Shown here: positions 47,671-59,583 of the stretch, in pieces
Layout: each line of letters starts with the position of its first letter
Position numbering within the stretch: the stretch's first letter is position 1
Source: Cyanophora paradoxa CCMP329
Lineage: Eukaryota > Plantae > Glaucophyta
Length of the DNA stretch: 64,000 nucleotides
Reading direction: 5' to 3'
Assembly (NCBI GenBank): GCA_004431415.1
Contig: QPMI01000017.1
Location: 558,001 to 622,000 of the forward strand
Program-made: the position numbers and the translations under genes
The notes under the pieces: generated by a model
What the model was told of the DNA's origin: nothing
Databases searched by the model: none
What the model saw: the letters and a program-made list of their open reading frames with translations, nothing else

Positions 47671-50139
47671 ATAATACCCCCCTGCCGACGGGCGCCCTTC
47701 TAGCGTGGTTTCTCTGCCTACGGCGCACCTATACGCACCTGGTTCGTGCTCTACGCATCCCTCTTTACTACTGCCTGGCTTTGCGGCCATCGCACTCGAA
47801 TCTCTGCCACCTCTCGATTGTTCTCTGCCTGCGGGCGCCTCCTCTTGATGAATCTGCCTTCGGGCACAATACCCTTTCTGTCTATTGAATCTCCGATGAT
47901 GGTGGCCATGCCCATTCGTTTCCCGCCACCTCCGTCGGCCGTTCCTTAGCGTCTCGCCCGTGCCCAGCGATCGCTTTCGTCCCTTCGCTGCTCCTGTGGC
48001 TCATCCATCTCCTGCGCAGTGCGTACAATCCTCATGCCTCCCAGGCGTGCCCCCGCGCCCCAGGCGCCTGATGGCGCACCTTCTGCGGACGTGATTGTGA
48101 CCGATTACTTTGATGAGCTTGATGATGAGAATGCGGATGAGACTTCGGATCTTCCTCGTCGCGGCCCCCGCAAGCCTGCAGTTCCTGCACTTAAGCTGCT
48201 TGAGAAGCCTTCTTTGAATTCCTGGCCCATCTTCATCTCAGCCCCAGTTTCTCAGAAGTATGGCACTTACATTGTGTGGCCTGGTAGCCGTCAGGCGCTG
48301 ACCGAAGCTTTCTCATCTTTTGCTGAGGCGAATGCCATTTTCTCTGGGGTCAATACCTCTTGGTCTTTGGACCCCGTCTGGGGGGAAACTGCAGACATCC
48401 GCATGATCTCTGCTTCTGATCGTGATCTCTTCCTTAAGGGCTGTGCTAAATCACTTGAGAGTCTCTTTTCTAAGCAGCGTGCTTTTTCTGGCAGTAGTCT
48501 ACACGTCGATCGTTTGCTGCCCCAGCAATCCAAATCTTTTGTGCATTCCCAGACCCGTGAGGTCTTTCCGAATAATATTCGGCATTGTGATGCGCATCGC
48601 TTCAAGTTGTATCCTTCCTTGTCTCTTGGTGCTTTTGGATCCTACTTTCACATGCACCGCTCGATGATCTCCCTTCTTGATCTTCTTCCTGAGAATCATG
48701 TAGTTCGTCAGCGGATTAGTCAGGATCATCTCCGGTCTCCTACTACTCGTGCTCTTGATCACCTTCAGGCTGCTTCTGTTGTTATGGTGCACCCTCCTTC
48801 TGGTGATTCTCCTCCTACCAGCTTTCTGTATGAATTCGGGTATCAGTCCCCCACACCCCGTATGCTTGAGATTGATGAGGCTCTTCGTAATGTAGCACAG
48901 TTTTCTAATGAAGAATTTCTTGATGAGCTTGTGGCCTTTGAGGCAGCCCTTCGATCTGAGGACAACCTTTATCTTTCTTCCAAATATGCCACCTTTCCTC
49001 ATTGGCTTTCAGATAAGGGTGTCACTGTGCGCTCCTCCCTTCTCGGGGATGGGGACTTCCCACGCCTTCTCGCAGTGGCTTTCCACCTGCCGGTCACATC
49101 CTGTTCTCCGACCATCTCTGAGTCTGCGGCTAGCTCCTCATATACTACTTTTTGCCGGCCAAATTTCCAGCCTTGGTCTACTGTGTCTGCTTCCTCTTTC
49201 CACTGCCGTTTTTCTCTGCTTGTAGAGGTCCCTGTCACTCATCCTCTTCACTTGGCCTCTCGTGGGCAGTATGACAAGCTGAAATCTTCTTCGGGTCTTC
49301 CTACTAAGATTCAGTCCATTGGCTTGCAAGGCCTTCATGGTGTTAGTCGGTTTCATGTCAACTCTCCTCGTCCTGAGTTTGCTAGTGTCCCCTACTGGGC
49401 TTCCGTCGCAGATCCCACCCGCTCCTCCAACATGAATTATTTTTCTGCAAATACTGCAGCCAATTGCGGCCTCCCTGCAGTCCAGGAGTGTACAGATCAT
49501 ACCCATCCTCTTCGTACTGCTTATTATACCATTCGGGCTCTTTCTGATTCTCGCATTTTGTATCACTTCCACCGTGACCCTACTTTCTACTTTTTGCCCG
49601 CTACTGTCTCCGACACTATTAAGTCTTTCCACATTAAGCAGAAGGGTCAGCATGTTGCAGATCTCATTACTCGTGAGGCTCGTGCGGCTCGTCAGTCTGC
49701 TAGCGCTGCAGCTTTGTCTTCTCGTGCCCATCGTTCTCCTTCTCCTCCTCCTAAGCGTGGCCGCTCTTCTGGAGGGAGCCATGGCTCTGCAGATGATATG
49801 GATGAGGCTGTTTTGTAATTTGATTGTACTTGCTTCTGCTTCTGCCTTTGTTTTGTGGGCTGCCACCCTCAATACCCCGGGCGGCTCGATAGGGAGCGGG
49901 TCGTTCCGGGATTCGGGGTATTCCATGGTGGGGGCCCTGTGGGTCTCTGCATGGTTTCTTTCATTTTGCTCTTTCGGTGCAGGGGCCCGGCCCCTGTCCC
50001 TTGCGGTGCGTACGCACACCACTACCTGTGCTGGGTTGGTCCCTGGCGTGCCTTGCATGTCCCACTCGGGGCCTCTGCGGCGTTGCCATACCTTCTCACC
50101 CCAGTCCACGGGCGTGTCTTTTGCTTCATCTCTCTCTCT
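47671..50139 (+). mobile_element. 2.47 kb single-ORF retroposon-like element nested antisense in the LINE
   Basis: 8-bp TSD CATGTTTG (47663-47670, 50140-50147); 3' (TC)n tail; no TIRs; pyrimidine-rich composition distinct from the flanks. Confidence 0.85.
48034..49818 (+). CDS. Intronless 594-aa protein of unknown function carried by the nested element
   Basis: Uninterrupted ORF with T-rich third positions filling most of the insert; no RT, transposase or integrase motif recognised. Confidence 0.75.
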   Translation: MPPRRAPAPQAPDGAPSADVIVTDYFDELDDENADETSDLPRRGPRKPAVPALKLLEKPSLNSWPIFISAPVSQKYGTYIVWPGSRQALTEAFSSFAEANAIFSGVNTSWSLDPVWGETADIRMISASDRDLFLKGCAKSLESLFSKQRAFSGSSLHVDRLLPQQSKSFVHSQTREVFPNNIRHCDAHRFKLYPSLSLGAFGSYFHMHRSMISLLDLLPENHVVRQRISQDHLRSPTTRALDHLQAASVVMVHPPSGDSPPTSFLYEFGYQSPTPRMLEIDEALRNVAQFSNEEFLDELVAFEAALRSEDNLYLSSKYATFPHWLSDKGVTVRSSLLGDGDFPRLLAVAFHLPVTSCSPTISESAASSSYTTFCRPNFQPWSTVSASSFHCRFSLLVEVPVTHPLHLASRGQYDKLKSSSGLPTKIQSIGLQGLHGVSRFHVNSPRPEFASVPYWASVADPTRSSNMNYFSANTAANCGLPAVQECTDHTHPLRTAYYTIRALSDSRILYHFHRDPTFYFLPATVSDTIKSFHIKQKGQHVADLITREARAARQSASAAALSSRAHRSPSPPPKRGRSSGGSHGSADDMDEAVL

Positions 50140-53100
50140 CATGTTTGTAGCGGTCGCTCGCCCGCCCCTAGCCAGTTCCATGAGCTGCGCGGAGGGGCCT
50201 CGATGGTTACGCCGATCGCGTCCATGAGCCTGACTACTCGCGCGATCAGGTTGCTGGAGCAGCCGCGGGACGAGGCCGAGGGGATCGCCGTGGGGGTCAT
50301 CACCATCCCGCGCTGCTCCTGCAGGTCGCTAAGGCGGGCCCGGCGGACCGATCCTACCAGAGTTGTTGATGCGAGGTGAGCGCAGAGCTTGGAAATCTGT
50401 TCCTCCGCCTGAAGCGAGTGTACCGACATCAGACCGAAGGGGGCCGGCATCATCATCAGGGCGTTGGCTGTCGCGCGGCTGAGTCCGCCGCTGTGCTTCA
50501 CCATGCTCATGAAGAGCGCCTGGAGATTCTTCAGGTCCGTGTCCGAGAAGTTTGCGACTTTGAATGCGTATCGAAGATTCCCTCCAATCGCTGCATTGCA
50601 GATGTATACCGCCTCCTCCGCCGTCAGTCTCTTCCCTTTTACGGCCGCGACAACGCTTTTTACCTTGTTAAATACATATTCTTTCTGTCTACGCCAGTTT
50701 AGGCTGCAGGTGAAATATGTGCCTAGCAGTTTAAACGGCTCGGAGGGCTCGAGGTAGATAGCAATAGTTTCGAGCGGGGTACCCATCTTGGGCGCTTCGG
50801 GGTACACGTTCTTTCCCTTATTGTTTGTGTACTCCGTTTTCTTTACGTTGAGCTCTATGTCGTGTATGGCGCAGAACTCTGTAGCTATCTGCGCACGTAA
50901 TTCGATCCCTCTTCTCGTCTTAGCCGCCCAGAGGGTGTCGTCCGCATAGGCTAGTCCGGATATCCGGATGGGGGCCTCATCCGGGCCTGGTTTTAATTCG
51001 AATCCGTCTATCTCACTTCCCTGTCCTTCGGCTCCAGCTTGCGATTCTTGCTCACAGAGTAGGGCATCGTAGAAGAGCAGCCAGTGTAGTGGTGATTCCG
51101 GTGCCCCCTGAGGCAGGCCGCAGGGAGGAGAGAAAGACTCCGAGGGTCCGTAGGCTGTTAGTACTTGAGTTGTTCTGTTTTGCCAGATGAACTCATGTAG
51201 TTGGATGTAGGTCTCTGGCACGTTGAAGCGTTCCAGGGTGAGTCTCATACTTTCCCAGCTGACCGAGTCGTATGCTTTTTTGATATCTTGTGCAATTATG
51301 TGGATCTCCAATTTTCTGCGCTTCGCCTCTTCCAGGATCGCGTTAACTATGTGAATAGGCTCGTCCGTGGATAGACCTTTTAGGAAGGCGTAGTTTGCTC
51401 CTTTCAGTGCCTGTTGCTCTACGAGGGAATCGAGCAGCCTGCGTCCTAAGATCCCAGTGAGTATTTTAAGGACTACCTCTTGTAGGGTTATGGGGCGGGT
51501 GCTATCTGCGAATCCGTTCCACTCCTCCGACTTCGGGATCGCGCACAAGAAAGCTCTTATGAGAAAAATAGGGGGGCGTCCCTGCTTGATGCAAGCGTTC
51601 AGGAGGGCGAGGAGGGCTGTTATCCCCTCCTGCGGGAGCTTTTTGAGGAGGGCCACTGCCATGGCCGACGGGCCGGCGGCCGTGTCCGGCCTCAGGCGTC
51701 CTAAGTAAGCGCACAGTTCTCGTTCTCTAATCGGCATCATGACCCCGGGATGTTTCAGATGCGTCATGCGGGCGTAGCGTCTTTGCCAGTGTTCCGGGAG
51801 CGGGTAGCCTGTAGCCGGGAGGCGGGGGAGTCGGGTGCGAACCCAGTTCCTGTACGCCTCAGCTATTTCCACCTTCAGTTCGTCTTCGTCGTCTATTATC
51901 CTTGGCCGTGCCTCACCCGGGACTCGTAACGCTAGAGTCGCGAAGGCAAGGCTCCCCCTAGTTCGGCCGAGCAGTCGGTCCAGACACTTCCCTCAATCCT
52001 GCCGGAACCAGGTCCGCCGGAGGTCCAGCGCTTCGCGGATTTGTTTGTTGCGCATATCCTTGCTCTTTTCAATCATTTTGTCCTCGAGACGTCGCCATTC
52101 GCGCTGAGCAGCCTTGCGGGCCAGGCTCCACTCGTCTGCGCCCCATGCATATGTCCCTTCGTACTCGATTGTGTCTGCGGGGAGGGGGGGGAGATCAGGG
52201 ATTGAGGGTTTGAGACTTCGGATGCGCGCTAGACGGTTCGCGGGTCGCAGTTTCTCCCATTGGTGAAGCAGATTTCCTAGTATTTTCCGTCTACGCCGGA
52301 GCGCTTTTAGTTTGTATGGCCGGAGGGGGGCGTTCGTGGAGGGGTACCGGAGGTATCTGTGTTTTTTGGCCGCCTTCACGCCGGCTTCGAGGAGGAGGTC
52401 GTGCATGCGTTTAGCGAGGCTCTCAAAGCTTTCTTCGGCGTTAGGAGTAGGGGCTTCGTCTCCGACCTCAACGATTTGCTCCACGAGGCGCATGAGCCCA
52501 CCGCGCACTAGGTGCCGTGCCATCGTCGCTTGAAAGCGCTCTTCGTCTCCTGAACTCATGTTCTTTGGGAAGCAGAAGCGCTGTGCTCGGGGCGCGGCTG
52601 GGTTGTGCTTCGCCTGGGCCACTTGCAGCGGGGCGAGGTCAAGTTCCGCTACTACGCCACGGTGATCGGAGCGCCATCCTTCGTTCGTAACGTCAATGCC
52701 GATCCCCAGCGTCCAGGCCGCGAGCGCGGGGGAGGCGAGGATCGTATCGACCCGCGAGCCCGTGATGATCGGCTCGCCAGGCGCCCGCGCTGACCCGTGG
52801 ATGTACGTAACTTCTCGTCCATCGGGGTGCGCGGTTCGATAGATGTCCTTCCAGCCCCAGTCCTCAAAGAGTTGCCAGAACGTGTGCTCGGGCGTCGTCT
52901 CCGACGAGTAGCTGCCGCCCGAGATGCGGTCCTTCGCGGGATTGCGTACTGAATTCAGATCACCCATGATCAGGCAGTGCGCGCGTTGGTCGCTCGCGGT
53001 GCGCGCGTAGATTTTGCGTAGTTCGTCGATCACTGTCTCACGCTCTTGCTTCTCCGCAGCGCTGTCCCCCGCGGGCATGTACACGGACACTGCCGTTAGC

Positions 53101-53694
53101 AGGGTGTGCTTCGGGAGCTCCATATCGACTGCTACGAGCCGGCCAGGTACTCGTCGTACTTTACCCCCGTACCGTGCCCTAAAGTCGCTCAGCCATAGGG
53201 CCGCTCCCTTACCGCAGCTCGTTCCGTCCGCTGCCGGGCCCGAGAGGAAGAAGCGTCCTCCGCGTCTCGGCCAGTTCGCTTCGGCGAGGGCGGTCTCCTG
53301 GAGGGCGACCATGTCCAGCTCCCCCGCCTCCGAGCCCCCGATCGGGGTCACTACGTCCGCCCACCCCGCTAGGAGATCTCTAGTCTTGTCCGCGCAGTTT
53401 CCTCCCTGTACGTTTTGCGTACGGACTCGAAGCGTGCCTCTGAGAGCCTGTTTCACGCTCTGGGGTGGCGGGTTCCATCGCCCCAGTGCTCCCGCAAAGT
53501 CCACCATTGGCACCGGAGGAGGCCCTGCTCTGAGACGCCGTGCAGACACTCCCAGTGCGCCCCCTATCATTCCCGGGACCGCTGGCATAAACACTTGCGC
53601 CCAGGGCAGCCCATCAGGTTCGATTCCCGTTCCTAGGGTTCGCCGGCCGTCTACTGCTAGCACCAGTGAGAGGAGGAGAGCGGCGGCTAGAATG

Positions 53695-54816
53695 CTACGT
53701 AGCTGACTGCAGGCCGGGGGTGGGGGGGGGTGCGGACGGGGCCGGCGTTGCACCGAGCGAGTTCGCTTGTAGCTCTATTCCGGATCCAGTCAGCATGCGC
53801 AAACTCGGCAGCGGAAGATCCCACGTGGCTCCGCGGCGGCGGTGGCTTTGGGGCCGCATGCGGAGGCGCTCATCGTCAACTATCGGCGCTACCGTACGCG
53901 TAAGGATGAGCCATCCGATCAACATTGTCATTCTGTGTCTAAGCATCGCCTTCCCCGCCCGTTTCGCCAGCCTGGCCGTCGTCCGTCTGACAAGCTTAAG
54001 ACCCAAGGCCAGGGCGGTGGTTAGTTTTAGGGCCACGATTCTCAACCGGAGCAGCTGTCGATTAGCGGTTATGTGCTCTGTCGCGGCTAGGTCTTGGACT
54101 CTAGACCTGGAAGCCATGCCCCATCGATACTCTCCCTGCACTTGGCTGGTGTCTATGGGGGGCTTGGTTTCTGCTCGGGTTTCGGGGCGGAGTCCGGGAT
54201 TATGTGGTTGCGCGTCGCGGCCCCGGGCCGGGTCCCCTATCCGAGACCACTGAGACGTGGGCTGGTGCACGTGCTCGGGAGCGCTGCCTGTCTGTCCGCC
54301 GCGGGGGATTGGTGGCAACTTAAAGAGGATGTTAGTTGAAGCTATGGGCACTCTGCGTGTTAGTTGGGCGGCTCGCAGTCGTCTGTCCCCCCAGGCCCAG
54401 CTAGCCGTTGCGCGGTTCGGCATCGTGCTCGGCCCGAGCGTCCACGGAGGTGCTCCAGGTCGTTCTGAGATCGATTCATTAATGTACAGACAGCAGAGGG
54501 AAGCTCGGGTCGCGCGCGGCGCGTAGCTAGTGAAAGCGTTCGGGCTGGCGAGGCTCTGGAACTCGGGCTGGTGAGGCCCTGGGGCGGGCTGGTGAGGCCC
54601 AAGGAGAGCGGGCTGGTGAGGCCCATGGTTTGCGGGCTGGTGAGGCCCTGGAGCTACGTCTAGTTGCTGGTGCCGAGCGACGCCTGCCATTGCGGAGCCG
54701 GGTTGCACGGCCGCGGTCAGTACCGCCAGGACGAAGCTCAAGAGCAACCTGGCGGTGCTGTGCGCCCGCGTGTGCACCCGCGCGCCGCGTGGGCCGCTGC
54801 GTCGCTGGGTACGCAT
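53695..54816 (-). CDS. LINE 5' ORF (373 aa) with hydrophobic segments and GPHQP repeats
   Basis: ATG 14 nt inside the element 5' end; RLLLSFVLAVLTAAV; four GPHQP repeats at ~54565-54650; overlaps the ORF2 frame across a C-run. Confidence 0.5.
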   Translation of the reverse strand: MRTQRRSGPRGARVHTRAHSTARLLLSFVLAVLTAAVQPGSAMAGVARHQQLDVAPGPHQPANHGPHQPALLGPHQPAPGPHQPEFQSLASPNAFTSYAPRATRASLCCLYINESISERPGAPPWTLGPSTMPNRATASWAWGDRRLRAAQLTRRVPIASTNILFKLPPIPRGGQTGSAPEHVHQPTSQWSRIGDPARGRDAQPHNPGLRPETRAETKPPIDTSQVQGEYRWGMASRSRVQDLAATEHITANRQLLRLRIVALKLTTALALGLKLVRRTTARLAKRAGKAMLRHRMTMLIGWLILTRTVAPIVDDERLRMRPQSHRRRGATWDLPLPSLRMLTGSGIELQANSLGATPAPSAPPPTPGLQSAT

Positions 54817-55943
54817 TTTTTTCCGCTGATCGCCATGAGCGTATCGGCCGTGCGTTTCCAAACGGGAAGACGAGGGTATAGTATTTAGGCCGCCGGGCCA
54901 TTGCCGCCGCGCTGCAGGCCGCCTAGCCACTGTCCGCGGCCGCGGCCTCTTCGCCACCGAGGACATGCTTTGCGGCGCTCCAATCGTCGAGCTGCCCGAG
55001 CAATTGGAGGATACGTACTGTCCGTGCGTCGGCCCCGGCCCGCGCCCCGCCCCGCACCCGCTCCCCGTCCCGCCAGATTGCTCACGCTCCATCCCGCAGC
55101 GCTTTCTCGATGAGTTCGACGAACGGGTGCCCTCCGCACGGCCTGCCGTCCGCCGCGCGCCGTCTGAGGCCCTGCATGCAGGCGATAAAGTGGGTGCGCT
55201 GCCCGACGGCGCGCGAAGCGTAGCCCGCTGAGCTCGAGCGTAGCGCATGCGCAACTCGACGTAGCAGCCGCATCTCCTCCCTGCCGCGGCGCATCGAGAG
55301 CCCCGTGCGCCCCTCGCGCAGCGGACTCCAGCGCAGCTCACGACCGCGCAGCTCTTCTGGGAGGAGGAGGAAGAGCGAGGCGAACGGCGAAAGGCACGCA
55401 CGGCGGGCGCACGCGCAACCGCCCACGGCGCGATCCGCGCCGGTCGCCTCGCGGACTTTGGGCTCGCGCTTCCGCGCTTCTCGCGGACCCGGGGCCTGTG
55501 CTGGAACTGCTGCGCTGCTTCCGCGCCTACAGCGACGCGCTGCAGCTGTGCGGCGCCTCCTCCATGGAAGCCGCCGTGCCGGCGCGCGGTGCCGAGCTCG
55601 CCTTGCGCCGCGCCTCGTCGTGCTGCAGCGCGAGGTGCTCGAGGTACGCGATCCCCGAGGCCGCCGCGCGCGCCCGCGCCGAATAGTCGTAATTTTGGTC
55701 CTCTCTACCCTCCCCCCCCCCCCCCCCCCCCCCCCAGTCTCAGAGGCTTTCCCGTACTTGCAAGTAGAAAGGTGCGGAGCTGCTGGCAGACAACTCGGCG
55801 GGCGCGCCGCGGGGGCGCCGAGCCGTCAAGCGGTCCTGTCGCCGAGTGCACGGAGAGGTCATGAGCCGCCCGCGCACCAAGCCAAGTCGGTGTAGCTAAA
55901 AGACAGAGCGCGAGGCGTGCGCGCCGTGGACGATCGAAGAGCC

Positions 55944-57343
55944 ATGCCGGCCGCCAAGAGTGCGCTCCGCTGGCGCCTACTGCATTTCTTCTCTGCCCGC
56001 TCACACGCATCGGGCGGCGCAGCGGGTCAAGGAGACCTCGAGCAGATGCTGGGCTCCGCGGAGGGATCGGGAAACGCGGAGCGGGAGCAGGCGCGCGCGC
56101 TGCTGAAGCTCGGCTCCTTCGGGCGGGAGCTCGTGCGGCAGTCGAACCTGCGGGCGGCGGAGCGGCTGCGGCTGCTGCAGCTGCAGGAGGAGCTCCGCGG
56201 GAAGAAGCCGGCCTCGGGCAGCCTCTCCCGCGGCCGCGGCGTGGCGGCGCTCTTCCAGGGCGGCGGCGGGGCCTCCTCCTCCTCCAAGGCCGGCCCGGGC
56301 TCCCGCGCCGCCGCCCCCCGCTCCTCCAGCGTCGCCCAGCGCGCCTCGAAGCGCGTCATCCTCGAGAAGCAGTCGGCGGCGCCGCGGACCGCTGGCGGCG
56401 GCGCCGCCTTCAACCGCATCCTCAACGAGATCAAAACCCTCCTCTGGTCCGCCCCGCCCCGCCCCGCCCCGCCCCGCCCCGCCCCGCCCCGCCCCGCCCC
56501 GCCCCCTTCCGGTCCGAGCGGCGGGGGCGGGCACAGGCAGGCGGACCGGCTGGAGCAGGCCCACGGGCTCCTCATCCCGGGCGCCTGGACCCAGGGCCGC
56601 TTCGCTGACGCCAAGTACGACTTCTACGTGCGCCGTACCCCCCAATCGATTTATCCCCCCTTTCCCGGCTGACCCCGACCTCCCCGCAGGCCTTCGAGTG
56701 TACGCGCCGCGCTCCGCTCCCCGCCGCCCCTCTTCTCCCGCTGCGGGCCCCGACCCGGGCCCCGCGCGCAGACCTGGAGCGTGTACCCCTGACGATCCAG
56801 GTGGGGGGGGCGGAGGGCCCCGTGGAGGTGTACGCGGACGTGGGCAACCTGTACCCCTCCGACGACCGCTTCATGTGGCACGCGCAGCTCGCCGCCACCG
56901 GCGAGTCCCTCGTCGTGCGTACCCCCCCTGCTTCCCCCTCCCGTCTTGCCCCCCTTCGGTCCTGACAAATCGTATCCCCTCCGCTTCGCTCCCCGCAGCT
57001 GGACCTGGAGAAGGAACCCGAGATCCCTTCCGCGGTACCCCCGCCCCGCCCGTTCCCCCCTCCATGGGGGCTTACCGCTCGGGGCAGGGCTGGGTGTTCG
57101 TGTCGGCGCGGCCGGCGGGGCGGTCGGCGGGCCCGTACGCGATCCGGGTCTCGTGCAAGCAGCACAGGAAGCTGGGGCACGAGGCCCCAGCCCAGGGCCG
57201 CGTCAACGGCACCGGCTTCGTCCACTGCAAGTACCAGGCACGCCCTCTCCGCCCCCGCCCCGCCCTGCCCCGCCCCCCTCCTTCTGCCCCTGACAACGCG
57301 GTTTCTGCCATCTCGTCCCAGGTGCCCGCGGGGCACAACTACG
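55944..57343 (+). pseudogene. Gene X copy 2, truncated by a ~3.1 kb deletion
   Basis: Matches 38313-39700, then joins directly to the sequence of 42793 (junction CACAACTACG|CAACTGCAG). Confidence 0.85.
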
Positions 57344-57783
57344 CAACTGCAGCGCTAGCGCTAGCGCTAGCGCTCGTCCGCGGCGCCGGCGCGCGCAGGC
57401 CCGGCCGCGAGCTGGGCGCGCGCATCGCCGGCGCCGGCGAGAGACCGGCAAAGTCCTCGGGTCCCCACACCTTTTTGGGCCGTCGCGGCGGCGCGCGGAG
57501 GGCCTCGCGGACGACCGGGTTGCGCGTCTTTGGCTTGGAAGACGCGTCGGGAGCGCCGGCGCGGGCGGCCTTGGCGGAAGAGCGGCGGGCGGTCTTGGGC
57601 ATGATGTAGTCTTCTTGTTGGATCGAGGTGAGAGAATGAAGGCCCCGACGCCGCGGTTCCTCACAAAAGTGCGCAGGAATCATTTGAATCCGCTTCAAGT
57701 GAATCTTCGTGGGGCGTATATGCGGGTACGACGGAGCCTCGGCGCCGCGCGCGTACCCCCGTCCGTCGCTGACCAACATGCAG

Positions 57784-59583
57784 GAGCCTTCTCGTTTGTA
57801 TTTGCCGCGGAAGGCCCAGGTACCGGGGACGGTCTAGCCTCGGGAAAGGCGAGATCTCCGAGATCTCCGCGAGGATCTGCCGCGGCCACGTCACGGCGTC
57901 CGAGTTCGGGCGGGGTATGCGGGTCAGAGCTCGCCTAAAAACGAACGCTGCCAAAAGCGCGGGCGGGCGAGGCGCCGAGCTGGCGAGCGTCGCGTTTAGA
58001 CATTCCGCGGCGATCGCGCGTGTCTCCGCGCGCATCGCAGCTGGTCGGGGCGCACGTCGCGCTGGTCGCCAGGGCAGGTACAGGCATAGCGCACGCGGAG
58101 GACGCGCTAGGCGGCGTCTCAACAGCTCAGCAGCGCTGCCGTCGCTCCCCCGGCTTCTCCGCCCGGCGCTGCGGAGCCAGGCGCCGCGGATCTAGATCTG
58201 GGCATCCCCTCGGCAACGCAAGCGTGCGCGCCCGCAGAGCGCGCGTAGGAGTAGGGGACCTTTTTTTAAGATTCTTTTCGATCCAGCTTTGTTAACCCAA
58301 TTAAACCAGCCCTTTATGCATGCGCTCATGATCACTTGCGGGTGCCTGGGGCCGGTGCGGGGCCGGGATTGCCAAGGGAGCGTGCGTGCATGCGCACAGC
58401 GCAGACGTGGCCGCAGCGGGGGAGGAGGGGTGAGACTCTGCAAGTCTCAATTCAAGTCACACGGAACCTAGCGAGCTGCGAAGGGGCTGCGAGCTGCGGA
58501 TAAGGCGAGCTGCGGATAAGCTGCCGCTGTCCCGCACGTGACGCCGAATCGCCTTGGAGCCGCCGCGAGCTGCCGCGGGCCTTGGAGCAAGCGCATCCCT
58601 GCGAGCGAGCACGCGTACGCGCTCAGAAGCTGACTCGGCAAGCGATCGGCGGCAACGGACCTGAAGAGCGGCGACGGCGGCGACGGCGGCTCCATGGGCC
58701 GCGCAAGATAGAGAACAAGCGGACACTGCGCGCTCACGTGTCTGTGGGCGAGTGCGGGCTCAGGGAACGATTTCCGAAGGCGACCTACGCGACACACGTC
58801 TCACGAGCCTGAGAGCGGACCGCGGGGCTCTTGGAACCCTGCGAGCGAACGCACGCTCAGCAGATTCACGCGAGGTGTCGAGCGGAGAGGCGCCTTCCGG
58901 ACCTGCAGCTGGGCGCGGCCGCGGGCCGACGGCTTGGGCCGCATCTGTCCGCTGGCTCGCGCAAGCCACGCAGGCCGGGTATAGCTCGAGATCCTCTTAG
59001 AGAGTGTCCGCATTCCTGCGCAAGAGAGTTCCTGTGTGAGTGAGCGGCCTCGCAGCGCTGCCTCGACGGGAGAGCGGCCTCGCGGCCGGCGGCCCGGGGC
59101 CTCGGGCGAGAGCAGCGGGCGTACCGAGCGACATCTATCTTCGCAGAAGCAGGCTGAGCAGCCTCCAGCGAGCCCGCCTCTCCCGAATCCGTTGGAGCTC
59201 TCCCCGCGAGCTACCGGGCCGCGCAGGCATCGTGCGTGCTCCCAAGGCTAGCTGATGGCGTGTAGCTATCGTCTAGCTATCGTAGGTAGCGCGTAGCGGC
59301 CGCCAGAGCGCGTGTCCCGACGGCCCTGACGCTTTCGGAGGCCGTACCCCGCCGGGCGCTTCCACAGCCGTCTAACTTTGACCGAGCCCGAACCGTTGGC
59401 AAAAGATCAATAGGAAAATATTGGCCGCGGAAGGCCCGTGGCCATTAAAAACGAGAAGGCCGTGACGGGCCAGCGTCATCCGGGGCTAGAAACGAGAACA
59501 AATTTTACCAGGGTCCTAGCTTGGTTTTTTTGCCGAGATCTCCCCCCAAGATTCTGCCGCGGCAAATAGAAACGAGAAGGCTC
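57784..59583. mobile_element. 1.8 kb non-autonomous TIR DNA transposon (PIF/Harbinger-like 3-bp TSD)
   Basis: 27-bp TIR GAGCCTTCTCGTTT(G/C)TATTTGCCGCGG; TSD CAG (57781-57783, 59584-59586); empty site CATGCAGCCATC near 43227-43238; no transposase ORF seen. Confidence 0.9.

Larger units (their letters stand above)
44788..53753 (-). pseudogene. LINE ORF2 (APE endonuclease, reverse transcriptase, RNase H, CCHC finger), disrupted by an in-frame TGA at 51993-51995 and by the insertion 47671-50139
   Basis: APE: TQNVQG, ALQET, MGDLN, RVDTIL, SDH. RT: RPITL, DIKKAYDSV, GLPQG..SP, YADD, LLG. RNase H: YVDGS, AEL, HCDN, WVKGHS, NEAADALAK. Finger: CARC..ETIEHLFRC. Removing the insert restores the frame ERPLQT-CLPWPIF. 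Confidence 0.92.
44628..54830 (-). mobile_element. Full-length non-LTR retrotransposon (LINE; APE-RT-RNase H), interrupted by a nested insertion
   Basis: 22-bp TSD CGCCATGAGCGTATCGGCCGTG (44606-44627, 54831-54852); the empty site is present at 60965-60986; short (CA)n 3' tail. Confidence 0.93.

Noticed and set aside
51993-51995. In-frame TGA in LINE ORF2 as selenocysteine or programmed readthrough
   Set aside because: It lies in a non-catalytic linker and no SECIS was identified. A CGA>TGA mutation in a copy already disabled by an insertion is simpler; other copies would decide.
53620-53800. 2A-like ribosome-skipping peptide (GTGIEPDGLP, GSGIELQAN) before the APE domain
   Set aside because: Lacks the required NPGP.
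54853-55700. Possible decayed AAA-ATPase gene fragment on the minus strand (GGHPFVELIEKALRDG)
   Set aside because: One weak motif among stops; not enough to call.
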